Notes under the pieces: generated by a model
Seen by the model: only the letters and a program-made list of their open reading frames with translations
What the model was told of the DNA's origin: nothing
Databases searched by the model: none
Program-made: the position numbers and the translations under genes
Part shown: positions 26,410 to 38,604 of the stretch, piece after piece
Position numbering within the stretch: position 1 is the stretch's first letter
Layout: every line of letters starts with the position of its first letter
Origin: Octopus bimaculoides
Lineage: Eukaryota
Direction: 5' to 3'
DNA: 64,000 nucleotides
Assembly (NCBI RefSeq): GCF_001194135.2
Contig: NC_068991.1
Location: 10,338,221-10,402,220 of the forward strand

Positions 26410-26700
26410 AAGGATTTTACCCCTAACAATTGGCCTCTTAGCTCTTTTGATTTAAACCCCCTGGACTACTGTATTCCGGGGCATCGTTGAAAGGGAGACC
26501 AACAAGCATACTTGCAATACCAAGGACTTGTTGATGTCTGCTGTGGGCAACATTATGGCCAGCATAAATAAAGATCACCTGATCAATGTATTTAGCTGTT
26601 TCGGAAGCCGTTTTGAGGCAGTAATAGATGACGGTAGTTTTATTGAATGGTGCTTTGCTATGTGTATGTAAGAATATGTGTAGCAAATTCCAGAAAATTA
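26410..26700 (+). mobile_element. Tc1/mariner transposase C-terminal remnant (same family as 6860-7070)
   Basis: NWPLSSFDLNPLDY, 1-nt frameshift, then GIVERETNKH.CNTKD...FGSRFEAVIDDGSFIE. Confidence 0.8.
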
Positions 26701-27889
26701 TTACTCTTTTACTTGTTTCAGTCATTTGACTGCGGCCATGCTGGAGCACCGCCTTAAGTCGAGCAAATCGACCTCAAGACTTATTCTTTGGAAGCCTAGT
26801 CCTTATTCTATCGCGTCTCTTTTGCCGAACCGCTAAGTTACGGGGACGTAAACACACCAGCATCGGTTGTCAAGCGATTTTGGTGGGACAAACACAGACA
26901 CACAAACATATATACATATATACGATGGGCTTCTTTCAGTTTCCATCTACCAAATACACTCACAAAGCTTTGGTCGGANNNNNNNNNNNNNNNNNNNNNN
27001 NNNNNNNNNNNNNNNNNNNNNNNNNNNNNNNNNNNNNNNNNNNNNNNNNNNNNNNNNNNNNNNNNNNNNNNNNNNNNNNNNNNNNNNNNNNNNNNNNNNN
27101 NNNNNNNNNNNNNNNNNNNNNNNNNNNNNNNNNNNNNNNNNNNNNNNNNNNNNNNNNNNNNNNNNNNNNNNNNNNNNNNNNNNNNNNNNNNNNNNNNNNN
27201 NNNNNNNNNNNNNNNNNNNNNNNNNNNNNNNNNNNNNNNNNNNNNNNNNNNNNNNNNNNNNNNNNNNNNNNNNNNNNNNNNNNNNNNNNNNNNNNNNNNN
27301 NNNNNNNNNNNNNNNNNNNNNNNNNNNNNNNNNNNNNNNNNNNNNNNNNNNNNNNNNNNNNNNNNNNNNNNNNNNNNNNNNNNNNNNNNNNNNNNNNNNN
27401 NNNNNNNNNNNNNNNNNNNNNNNNNNNNNNNNNNNNNNNNNNNNNNNNNNNNNNNNNNNNNNNNNNNNNNNNNNNNNNNNNNNNNNNNNNNNNNNNNNNN
27501 NNNNNNNNNNNNNNNNNNNNNNNNNNNNNNNNNNNNNNNNNNNNNNNNNNNNNNNNNNNNNNNNNNNNNNNNNNNNNNNNNNNNNNNNNNNNNNNNNNNN
27601 NNNNNNNNNNNNNNNNNNNNNNNNNNNNNNNNNNNNNNNNNNNNNNNNNNNNNNNNNNNNNNNNNNNNNNNNNNNNNNNNNNNNNNNNNNNNNNNNNNNN
27701 NNNNNNNNNNNNNNNNNNNNNNNNNNNNNNNNNNNNNNNNNNNNNNNNNNNNNNNNNNNNNNNNNNNNNNNNNCCTTGTTTATCATTTTGTCCATGTTCT
27801 TTTGCCACGTCATGTACCCAGTTATGTATCTATATGTACATGTAGATGAAGGTATGTACATACATGTACATATATATGCATATACTCAT

Positions 27890-27929
<40 letters not shown>

Positions 27930-28339
27930 TGTATATGTATATATCATGTGTGTGTGTGTGTGCATATGTATATAGTGTATATGTGTGTATCTGCACTCAC
28001 ATACATACATATCTTCTCATCAACAATTGACTTTCACCTGCTATCAAGCCCACCACCACCAAAACAGACAGTAGTCACTACTCCCATCAGGTCTCTCTCT
28101 CTCTCTCTCCCTTTCAATCTATCTCTTATTCAACCATCTTTATCCTCTTAAATGTTGCATTGGCTTTAAACTCTTCAAATTAGCCTTCTAATGTCATAAT
28201 CCTTCTTTATTCTCCTCTACACACTTTTCCTTCTCATTTTCTCTCTCTCTCTCTATCCTCCTCACCAATCTCACCCTCTTCTCTCTATTCCTTCTTCACT
28301 CTCTCAGACTCACTCTGTCTTTTCTCTCCTATCTCCCCC

Positions 28340-28377
<38 letters not shown>

Positions 28378-31300
28378 TACACCTTCTCCTCAAGGGCAGT
28401 GGTTTACCAAGTTAATCCTACTCATTATATGAAGGTCGTTACCTGGGAGAAGAAAAACAAAAATACAAACAAAATACAGAAAAATTTATACCAAAATAAA
28501 TTATAATTAATATAAATAAAGCAACAAAATATGCAAAAAAAAAAAAAAAAAAAGTAAATTCGTTAAATTACTCGTAATTATTTCAAGCATAGACACAATG
28601 ACAGTAATTTGCAAGAGTGAAATCTGTAGTTTATACCATCAACCCCAGTACGTGACTGGTACTTATTTTATTGAACTAAGGTGGCGAGATGGCAGAATCG
28701 TTAGCTTGCCGGGTGAAATGCTTAGCGGTGTTTCATCTGCCGTTACGTTCTAAGTTCTAATTCCGCCGAGGTGGACTTTACCTTTCATCCTTTCGGGGTC
28801 GATAAATTAAGTACAAGTTACGCACTGGGGTCTATGTCATCGACTTAATCCCATTGTCTGTCCTTGCTTGTCCCCTCTATGTTTAGCCCCTTGTGGGCAA
28901 TAAAGAAATAAGAAACATTAGCACGCCGGGCGAAATTCTTAATGGTATTTCGTCTGTCTTTATGTTCTGAGTTCAAATTCCACCAAGGTCAACTTTGCCT
29001 TTCATCCTTTCAGGGTCGATAAATTAAGTACCATTTGCATACTGGGGTCGATCTAATCGACTGGCACCCTCCCCCAAAATTTCAGGCTTTGTACCTAGAG
29101 AAGAAAAGATTATTTTATCGAACTTGAGGAGACGGGGCAGAAAGGCAAAGTTGACCTTGGTGGGATTTGAACACAGAACATAAATGACAGGACCAAATAC
29201 TGCAAGGCATTTTATGCAACACCCTTACAATTTTGCTAACCCACTGGTTAGTTCACATTACTCTGTAAGGAGCATAAGGCTGGTTTCTTGGTTTCCCTTG
29301 CATATATATTCATTCCTGGATGGGATGCTGGTCCGTCTTACGGTTACTCATTTTTGCCATCAATGTGAAATGAAGTGTTTTGCTCAAGAACACGTGTTGC
29401 CCGGTCCAGGAATTGAAACCACAATCTTACAATTATGAGTCCAACACCCTGACCACTAAAACATGAAGCTCTACTTGAGCAGACTAGTGCAATGTGAAAT
29501 AAAGTGGTTTGCTCAAGAACCCAATGTGTCGCATGGGCCAGGAATTGAAACCGCAATCTTACAATCATAAGTCCAACACTCTGACTACCAAGTCATGTGC
29601 CTCCCACTGCCCTTGTTAAGTCACTACTACCATATTTAATTGTGTATATGTTGCACTACGTTATAATTGATTTCAGCTGGGGCATGACTTAGACACAGTT
29701 AACTGGACACCTGATACTCTGCAATGTGGAACATACATATAGCTGACTGTAGTTATTGTCTTGTCTCTTGCCTAGCCATCATCATGGCCTGAACTGATCA
29801 AGGGAGGCCAAAATATCCTCACCTGAAACCCTTTTATAAACTCTTTTAATACTCCTGTTCTCTCCATGGCAGTACATCGGAAGGTGTAGGCACATACCTG
29901 GGCCTATGAAACGAAATAATGTGGAGCTGAGTCAACCTGTTATTCTTTTCTACTCTAGACCGAAATTTTGGGGGCAGGGGCCAGATGATTAGATGGACAC
30001 ACAGATGTGAGTCTGTGTGTATTCTTTTATTTGTTTCAATCATGTGACTGTTGCCATGCTGGAGCACCGCTTTTAGTCGAATTGACCCCCAAGACTTATT
30101 CTTTGTAAGCCTAGTACTTATTCTATCAGTCTCTTTTGCCGAACCACTAACTTATGGGGACGTAAACACACCAACATCGTTGTCAAACGCTGGTGGGGGG
30201 ACAGACACAGACACAAACACACATACTCACATAAATATATATATATATATGACAGGCTTCTTTCAGTTTCTGTCTACCAAATCAATTCACAAAGCTTTGG
30301 TCGGCCCGGGGCTATAGTAGAAAACACNNNNNNNNNNNNNNNNNNNNNNNNNNNNNNNNNNNNNNNNNNNNNNNNNNNNNNNNNNNNNNNNNNNNNNNNN
30401 NNNNNNNNNNNNNNNNNNNNNNNNNNNNNNNNNNNNNNNNNNNNNNNNNNNNNNNNNNNNNNNNNNNNNNNNNNNNNNNNNNNNNNNNNNNNNNNNNNNN
30501 NNNNNNNNNNNNNNNNNNNNNNNNNNNNNNNNNNNNNNNNNNNNNNNNNNNNNNNNNNNNNNNNNNNNNNNNNNNNNNNNNNNNNNNNNNNNNNNNNNNN
30601 NNNNNNNNNNNNNNNNNNNNNNNNNNNNNNNNNNNNNNNNNNNNNNNNNNNNNNNNNNNNNNNNNNNNNNNNNNNNNNNNNNNNNNNNNNNNNNNNNNNN
30701 NNNNNNNNNNNNNNNNNNNNNNNNNNNNNNNNNNNNNNCGTGGTTCCTCCTGATGATGTCTTGAGCTAACTGGATCCTAATCCACCAAGGGAAGGTATGT
30801 CAGATGAAAGTAATTCAACAACGTGGGTTGATGAACCGTAAGACGTGTGGCCAGAACCTCCTGGAAAATAACCATAGCGAGGGACATTCCACAGTTGAAT
30901 TAGAACAGTCACAAACAGTGAAAGAAGACATGCACCCAACACCAGAGCTGAAGACACCTCCGAAAGGGGGGGCCCCGCCATGTCAAAACGGTAGAGGAGT
31001 AGGGGCCGAAACCGGACGTGGTTCCTCCTGATGATGTCTTGAGCTAACTGGATCCTATAAAGGAGCCGTTGTGGTAGCAGACCACGAAACATGGTTGAAA
31101 TTCCTCCACAAGGCTTTGGCTGCAATCAAATGACTGAAACAAACAAAAGAATACACACACCCACACACAAATATCTGTGTGTATTTGTTCCCCACCACTG
31201 CTTGACAACCAGTGTTGGTGTATTTATGTCCCCGTAACTCAGCAGTTTGACAAAAAGAGACTGATAGAATAAGTAGCAAACACTTGCCACAAAGTGAAAC

Positions 31301-31973
31301 TGAACCTGGAACCATGTGGTTGGCAAGCAAGCTTGTCACCACACAGCCACACCTACAAACACACACACACACACACACATAAATTATGTCTGTATGTGGC
31401 TTAAATGCCTCAGAAACTGGGATAAGTTCCGTCCTAATAAGCCTGTAAGCTCTAGACAAAATTTTTAATACATTAAATATACTAACATGAACTGAGCTGT
31501 TTATCTTTTATCATACTTATTTCCTCTCAGCTTAATGTTTCATGTATTAAATCCGCTAACACTAACATACCCATTTACCTGTCTAAGTATTGCATCTCTA
31601 AATTTATTTCTAGTTAGCTTTTTTGTATTAAAATACACTAACAGTGGAATATATTTTATCCTCATTATGCAAAATTTATTCCACTGTTCTGGCCATTTGT
31701 ATTACTATTTGTAGACAGAGCGTATCACTAATTTCCTCCAGATTTTTCAGTTTTATTATCAATTTACTAATCCCCACATACGACAGTTTCACAGAAATAT
31801 TTCTGACTGAAAATATCATACATGCAGAGAGTTACGATTTTATGCACCCAACAAAGTATTAACATTAAGCTGAAAGTGTTGCTAATGTAAAAAGAAATGG
31901 AATAGCAAAACTATTTTACCATTTTCTGAAAAAGCAACGTTTTGGACTTATGACACTTTTGCATAATAGCAAC

Positions 31974-32005
<32 letters not shown>

Positions 32006-32657
32006 NNNNNNNNNNNNNNNNNNNNNNNNNNNNNNNNNNNNNNNNNNNNNNNNNNNNNNNNNNNNNNNNNNNNNNNNNNNNNNNNNNNNNNNNNNNNNNN
32101 NNNNNNNNNNNNNNNNNNNNNNNNNNNNNNNNNNNNNNNNNNNNNNNNNNNNNNNNNNNNNNNNNNNNNNNNNNNNNNNNNNNNNNNNNNNNNNNNNNNN
32201 NNNNNNNNNNNNNNNNNNNNNNNNNNNNNNNNNNNNNNNNNNNNNNNNNNNNNNNNNNNNNNNNNNNNNNNNNNNNNNNNNNNNNNNNNNNNNNNNNNNN
32301 NNNNNNNNNNNNNNNNNNNNNNNNNNNNNNNNNNNNNNNNNNNNNNNNNNNNNNNNNNNNNNNNNNNNNNNNNNNNNNNNNNNNNNNNNNNNNNNNNNNN
32401 NNNNNNNNNNNNNNNNNNNNNNNNNNNNNNNNNNNNNNNNNNNNNNNNNNNNNNNNNNNNNNNNNNNNNNNNNNNNNNNNNNNNNNNNNNNNNNNNNNNN
32501 NNNNNNNNNNNNNNNNNNNNNNNNNNNNNNNNNNNNNNNNNNNNNNNNNNATATATATATATATATATATATATAGATAGATAGATAGATAGATATTTAT
32601 TTATATCACACAGTGAGTCTGTCTGTATATAGACTATGCAATGATCTGGCATCAATA

Positions 32658-32822
32658 TCACCGAATCCGGTCTTTCTCATTGTCTGAATCTGAATCAGAA
32701 CTGTCTGAAGATGTAGAACCATCAGAGGAGCTGGACTCACCATCACTGCTACTACTCGAGTCACTTGTATCACTTGTTGTGTCAGCAGCCTGAGATGAAA
32801 TGGCTTGGCTCTGTTGTTTATC
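32658..32822 (-). CDS. LRPPRC: LRPPRC terminal coding exon (Ser/Asp-rich tail)
   Basis: ttccacag acceptor; DKQQSQ...SSSSSDGESSSSDGSTSSDSSDSDSDNEKDRIR-TGA (32660-32658); phase 0 fits the preceding exon. Confidence 0.72.
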   Translation of the reverse strand, partial: DKQQSQAISSQAADTTSDTSDSSSSSDGESSSSDGSTSSDSSDSDSDNEKDRIR

Positions 32823-33600
32823 CTGTGGAACAAAATGAAAAAAATGCATGTTATATATACATATCATCATCGTTTAATGTCCATTGGATGGGTTAACAGG
32901 AGCTGACAAGCTGAAGGGATGTTCAGGCTCCTTGTCTGTTTTGGTATGGTTTTTATGACTGGCTCCGTAACACCAACAACTGTACAGAGTGTACTGGGTG
33001 CTCATACACAGCACCGGCAGAGGTACTTTTTACATGGCACCAGCACCTATGAGCCCACAAGATTAGGAATGCTCAGTTGGGGAAGGTTGCAGGGGACAAG
33101 CCTGTATGCAAGGAAAACCACACTTTCGCTTAGCTTGACATGTCTTTTCAAGCACAGCAAACTGCCAGCAGTCTCGGTCCCCTGCCGTCCCCTCTGTGAG
33201 TCTCAACAACTGTAGATCCTTTCTCACCACTTTATCCCACACCTTCCTGGGTCCACCCCTTCCACATGTTCCCGCAACAATTAGAGATTGACACATCTTC
33301 ATGCAACTGTCTTCAGTCATTCGCATATATAGACATATAAACACACACACACACAAACATCACTGAATCAAGATATATTCTTTTACCTGTTTCAGTCATT
33401 TGACTGCGGCCATGCTGGAGCACCGCCTTTAGTCGAACAAATCGCCCCCAGGACTTATTCTCTGTAAGCCTAGTACTTATTCTATCAGTCTCTTTTGCCG
33501 AACCGCTAAGTTACGGGGACGTAAACACACCACCATCAGTTGTCAAGCGATGTTGGGGGGATAAACACAGACACACGAACATATACATACACATACATAC

Positions 33601-33631
<31 letters not shown>

Positions 33632-36600
33632 GATATATAGACTTACTTGCAAAAAAGGACGTGTGCGTTCAATAATGTAATAAGACAAAGAATATATATA
33701 CATGTATACACACATATATGTACATACTTACATCTACATGTGTATATATATGCATATCAGGGTACACACGACGGGCTTCTTTCAGTTTCCGTCTACCAAA
33801 TCCACTCACAAGGCTTTGGTCGGCCCGAGGCTATAGTAGAAGACACTTGCCCAAGGTGCCACGCAGTGGGACTGAACCTGGAACCATGTGGTTGGTAAGC
33901 AAGCTACTTACCACACAATAAACACTTAACCAGACCTGCAGTGATGACATGAATGACCCCAACCAGTTCATACTTACAATGATATCAAATAACAGAAATA
34001 GGACCCCTTTACAGAAGAACAGTAGAAAATTTGAGTATTTCACTTGTACTTACCTTCCATGGAATAGGGATTTGCTTCCTCATCAATAGGGCTTCAAGCT
34101 GAGCCAAAGAATTTTGATTTAGACTCGTTGCAGGAAATCCCTTTTCTTCGCAGGTTTTGATGATAGCCAAACTACCTTCCACATCTCCTTGTGCAACTAT
34201 AACAAAAAGATAATTATATATATATATATACAATAATTTTCCAGAGGATGTAGCAACCGTTACCAATATAGCATAAGAACTTACCTTAGGGGATCATTAA
34301 CTAGATTCCTTAAGGGTTGTTCTCACAGTTTATATTTATATTATAAGGTTTTTAACTTTTAAAATTTCATATGAAAATTTAAAAGTTAAAAACCTTATAG
34401 TATATATCATCATCATCATCATCGTTTAACGTCCACTTTCCATGCTAGCATGGGTTGGACGATTTGACTGAGGACTGGTGAAACCGGATGGCAACACCAG
34501 GCTCCAATCTAATTTGGCAGAGTTTCTACAGCTGGATGCCCTTCCTAACACCAACCACTCAGAGTGTAGTGGGTTCTTTTACGTGTCACCCGCACGAAAA
34601 CAGCCACGCTCGAAATGGTGTCTTTTATGTGCCACCCNNNNNNNNNNNNNNNNNNNNNNNNNNNNNNNNNNNNNNNNNNNNNNNNNNNNNNNNNNNNNNN
34701 NNNNNNNNNNNNNNNNNNNNNNNNNNNNNNNNNNNNNNNNNNNNNNNNNNNNNNNNNNNNNNNNNNNNNNNNNNNNNNNNNNNNNNNNNNNNNNNNNNNN
34801 NNNNNNNNNNNNNNNNNNNNNNNNNNNNNNNNNNNNNNNNNNNNNNNNNNNNNNNNNNNNNNNNNNNNNNNNNNNNNNNNNNNNNNNNNNNNNNNNNNNN
34901 NNNNNNNNNNNNNNNNNNNNNNNNNNNNNNNNNNNNNNNNNNNNNNNNNNNNNNNNNNNNNNNNNNNNNNNNNNNNNNNNNNNNNNNNNNNNNNNNNNNN
35001 NNNNNNNNNNNNNNNNNNNNNNNNNNNNNNNNNNNNNNNNNNNNNNNNNNNNNNNNNNNNNNNNNNNNNNNNNNNNNNNNNNNNNNNNNNNNNNNNNNNN
35101 NNNNNNNNNNNNNNNNNNNNNNNNNNNNNNNNNNNNNNNNNNNNNNNNNNNNNNNNNNNNNNNNNNNNNNNNNNNNNNNNNNNNNNNNNNNNNNNNNNNN
35201 NNNNNNNNNNNNNNNNNNNNNNNNNNNNNNNNNNNNNNNNNNNNNNNNNNNNNNNNNNNNNNNNNNNNNNNNNNNNNNNNNNNNNNNNNNNNNNNNNNNN
35301 NNNNNNNNNNNNNNNNNNNNNNNNNNNNNNNNNNNNNNNNNNNNNNNNNNNNNNNNNNNNNNNNNNNNNNNNNNNNNNNNNNNNNNNNNNNNNNNNNNNN
35401 NNNNNNNNNNNNNNNNNNNNNNNNNNNNNNNNNNNNNNNNNNNNNNNNNNNNNNNNNNNNNNNNNNNNNNNNNNNNNNNNNNNNNNNNNNNNNNNNNNNN
35501 NNNNNNNNNNNNNNNNNNNNNNNNNNNNNNNNNNNNNNNNNNNNNNNNNNNNNNNNNNNNNNNNNNNNNNNNNNNNNNNNNNNNNNNNNNNNGTGTTTAT
35601 TGAGCGAAAACACCTAAAGCTCCACGAGGCTCCGGCAGGGGATGGTGGCGAACCCTGCTGTACTCTTTCACCACAACTTTCTCTCACTCTTACTTCCAGG
35701 TTTCTGTTGTGCATGTAATTCAAAGGGTCAGCCTTGTCACGCTGAATATCTCCGAGAACTACGTTAAGGATACACGTGTCTGTGGAGTGCTCAGCCACTT
35801 GCACGTTAATTTCACGAGCAGGCTGTTCCGTTGATCGGATCAACTGGAACCCTCGACATCGTAAGCGACGGAGTGCCAACACGGACCTACTTCCAAGGGA
35901 GACAACTTAGTGTTTTAACCCGAATACTTGCAACCATATGAACTGTATCAAAGACACCATGGGAGGCAGTGACAATGGTTGACCCAGGCAGCTTGTTAAC
36001 AGCTAGGTCGGGCATGGGCAACTTTTCCCAAGGAGCAGGCAGCAGGAGACATGCATACCCATAACATAGTTCTCAGGGAAATTCAGCATGACAAAGAGTG
36101 TGATAAAGCTGACCTTTTGAATTACAAGTACGACTTATTGGTGCTAGCTGAGTGGACTGGAGCAACATGAAATAAAGTGTCTTGCCCAAGGACACAATAG
36201 GCAGCCAGGAATTGAACTCACGACCTGATGATCATGAGCTAAATAGACTAACCACACGTTAGAAATGGCAACTAAATCTTCAGCAAATTACAACTTGAAA
36301 AAAAAATTACACATTGACTAATGTGATCCTGGATGGACCATGACAGGAAAGTTGATATGGCCATTGCTTAAGTGCTTTTGATTGTAGATTTGCTGCCTCA
36401 GAACCAACCTACCTAGGGCTTAACAACAGCTACATCTACATTCAAAGTAATGAAATAACATGGTAGGAAGCTGCTACATGGTCATTCAACTTGATAGTAA
36501 TAGCAACTAAATCTCGCCTCAGATCACAGATGGGACATTAAATAATGTAGTCCTATATAGTCCTAAAAAGACAACTGGAGTTGACCTGGGTTTAAACAAC

Positions 36601-38372
36601 AGTAGTAACAGCTGGAAAGAGAAGGTATTGAAAGAAATCACTCACTCGTTTTTCTTGAGCTGCTTTCCTGCACAGACCTAAGATACTGGTATTTTGGAGT
36701 AAATCAGAATTTCTCTGAAACAAGAAACAAAGAAAAAATTTGAAGAAAACAAAGACATTACTACTTCTGCCTTAGTGAAATCAATTTGTCTGGACCTAAT
36801 CATCATTTCACAAATCTCTAATTCAACTCTTACAGTAAAAAAAAAAAATAAAAAATAAAAATAAAAAAACCCCATAATCCTTTGTATCTTAATGTAGCAA
36901 GAGCTTACCTCTAAAATAACTGATGCAGAAGAACTATAAGGATTATCCAAGAAATGTGTCTGCCAAATATTCCAAAGAATTAATTTTTTCGTTCTTGGCT
37001 CACATCTATAAGCAAGTTCTTCAACTAGAGAAGAAAAAAAATAAGAAAAGAGAGAGAATTTAGCATGCCAAGTGGTTGAATGTTCTTTTAAAGTGACTTA
37101 ATCCTTTAGTTTTCAGATTATTTTGTCAAATGTAATGCTTATTTATTCACATTGTTTTGAATTTATCGGACATTATCTTGTAGCTTTGAAATTTCAATGA
37201 TGTGATTGACACTGAAGGGTAGGTGTGAGAGGTCTGATCTAGTCAGTGTGAATATAAAACAGGTAGAATATTTGGGCCTGGAATGACCAGCGTGAAAACT
37301 AAAGACTTAAAATTAAAATTTCATTTTAATTTATGTTCTAAACATCAGCTTAATGAGGATAAAGTGATTTTTACTATATTTTTCATTTCAAAATTAAGAG
37401 TGAGTATTTCAGCAGGAAAATGGTAACAAAAGGGTTAAAGCACAAATAAATGTGAAGAGAAATACACTAAATTTATCATGAATTTCGTTTAATGTCCGCT
37501 TTCCATGCTAGCATGGGTTGGACGATTTGACTGAGGACTGGTGAACCAGATGGCTACACCAGGCTCCAATCTTATTTGGCAGAGTTTCTACAGCTGGATG
37601 CCCTTCCTAACGCCAACCACTCCGAGAGTGTACTGGGTGCTTTTACGTGCCACCAGCACGAAGGCCAGTCAGGCGGTACTGGCAAGGCCACTAAAATAAA
37701 TGAACCAAAATTTTCCAAGCAATCAGCATGTAGACATCTATACAATACATCATCTCTTCTATTCCTTGTCTTGTGCTGCCAGTGTAATTTAAAATGACAG
37801 TGGATTCCTCCTACTTGCTGTATACCACGTTTCCCATGTAACTAAAGGGGGCTTTTTTTTTATATTTCCTTCTCTTGCAAGTTTCTTGGCCTCACTAGTG
37901 CTGGTGGCATGAAGAGAAAAGCACCCAATATACACTGTAAAGGGGAAGGGCATCCAGCTGCCAAAAATCGTCTTTGGGCTCAACAACTTTGTATATTCAC
38001 ATAAAATACAAAAAAAGATAGTTAGTAGAAGAAAATGATGAATCAAGCAAGAGGGATAATTAACTCACGTGTCACTAATTTTCCTGGGTCTTTCTCCTTT
38101 AGGTGTGCCACGCCTTTTACAGAAATAAAACTGTTGATCATATCAGGGTTTTTCCCCAGAAACTCCAATAGTTCATTGGAACGGTCACTGTGAAATAATA
38201 GTAAAACAGGTCAGATGAAAAGTTTACACCACAACACCAAGAGAAAGTACCAACTTTCTCACATTTTTTACTCAAGAAATTTATCATCATCATCATCATC
38301 ATTATTATTATTATATTATTCTGCTTGTTTTGTCCATGTATTACATCAAGGAATGTAATAACTTGAATGAAG

Positions 38373-38410
<38 letters not shown>

Positions 38411-38573
38411 AGAATTCACAAAAAAACAAAAGACGAAGAAAGGTGGTGTAGAAAACAAACAGATGTATCAGTTTAACGCTCGGGAACTGAAAAAGTCTTT
38501 AACGTTTCGAGCCTATGCTCTTCTACAGAAAGGAACACAGAAAGAAACAGGGAGAGAAAAAAAAATGTGTGTA

Positions 38574-38604
<31 letters not shown>

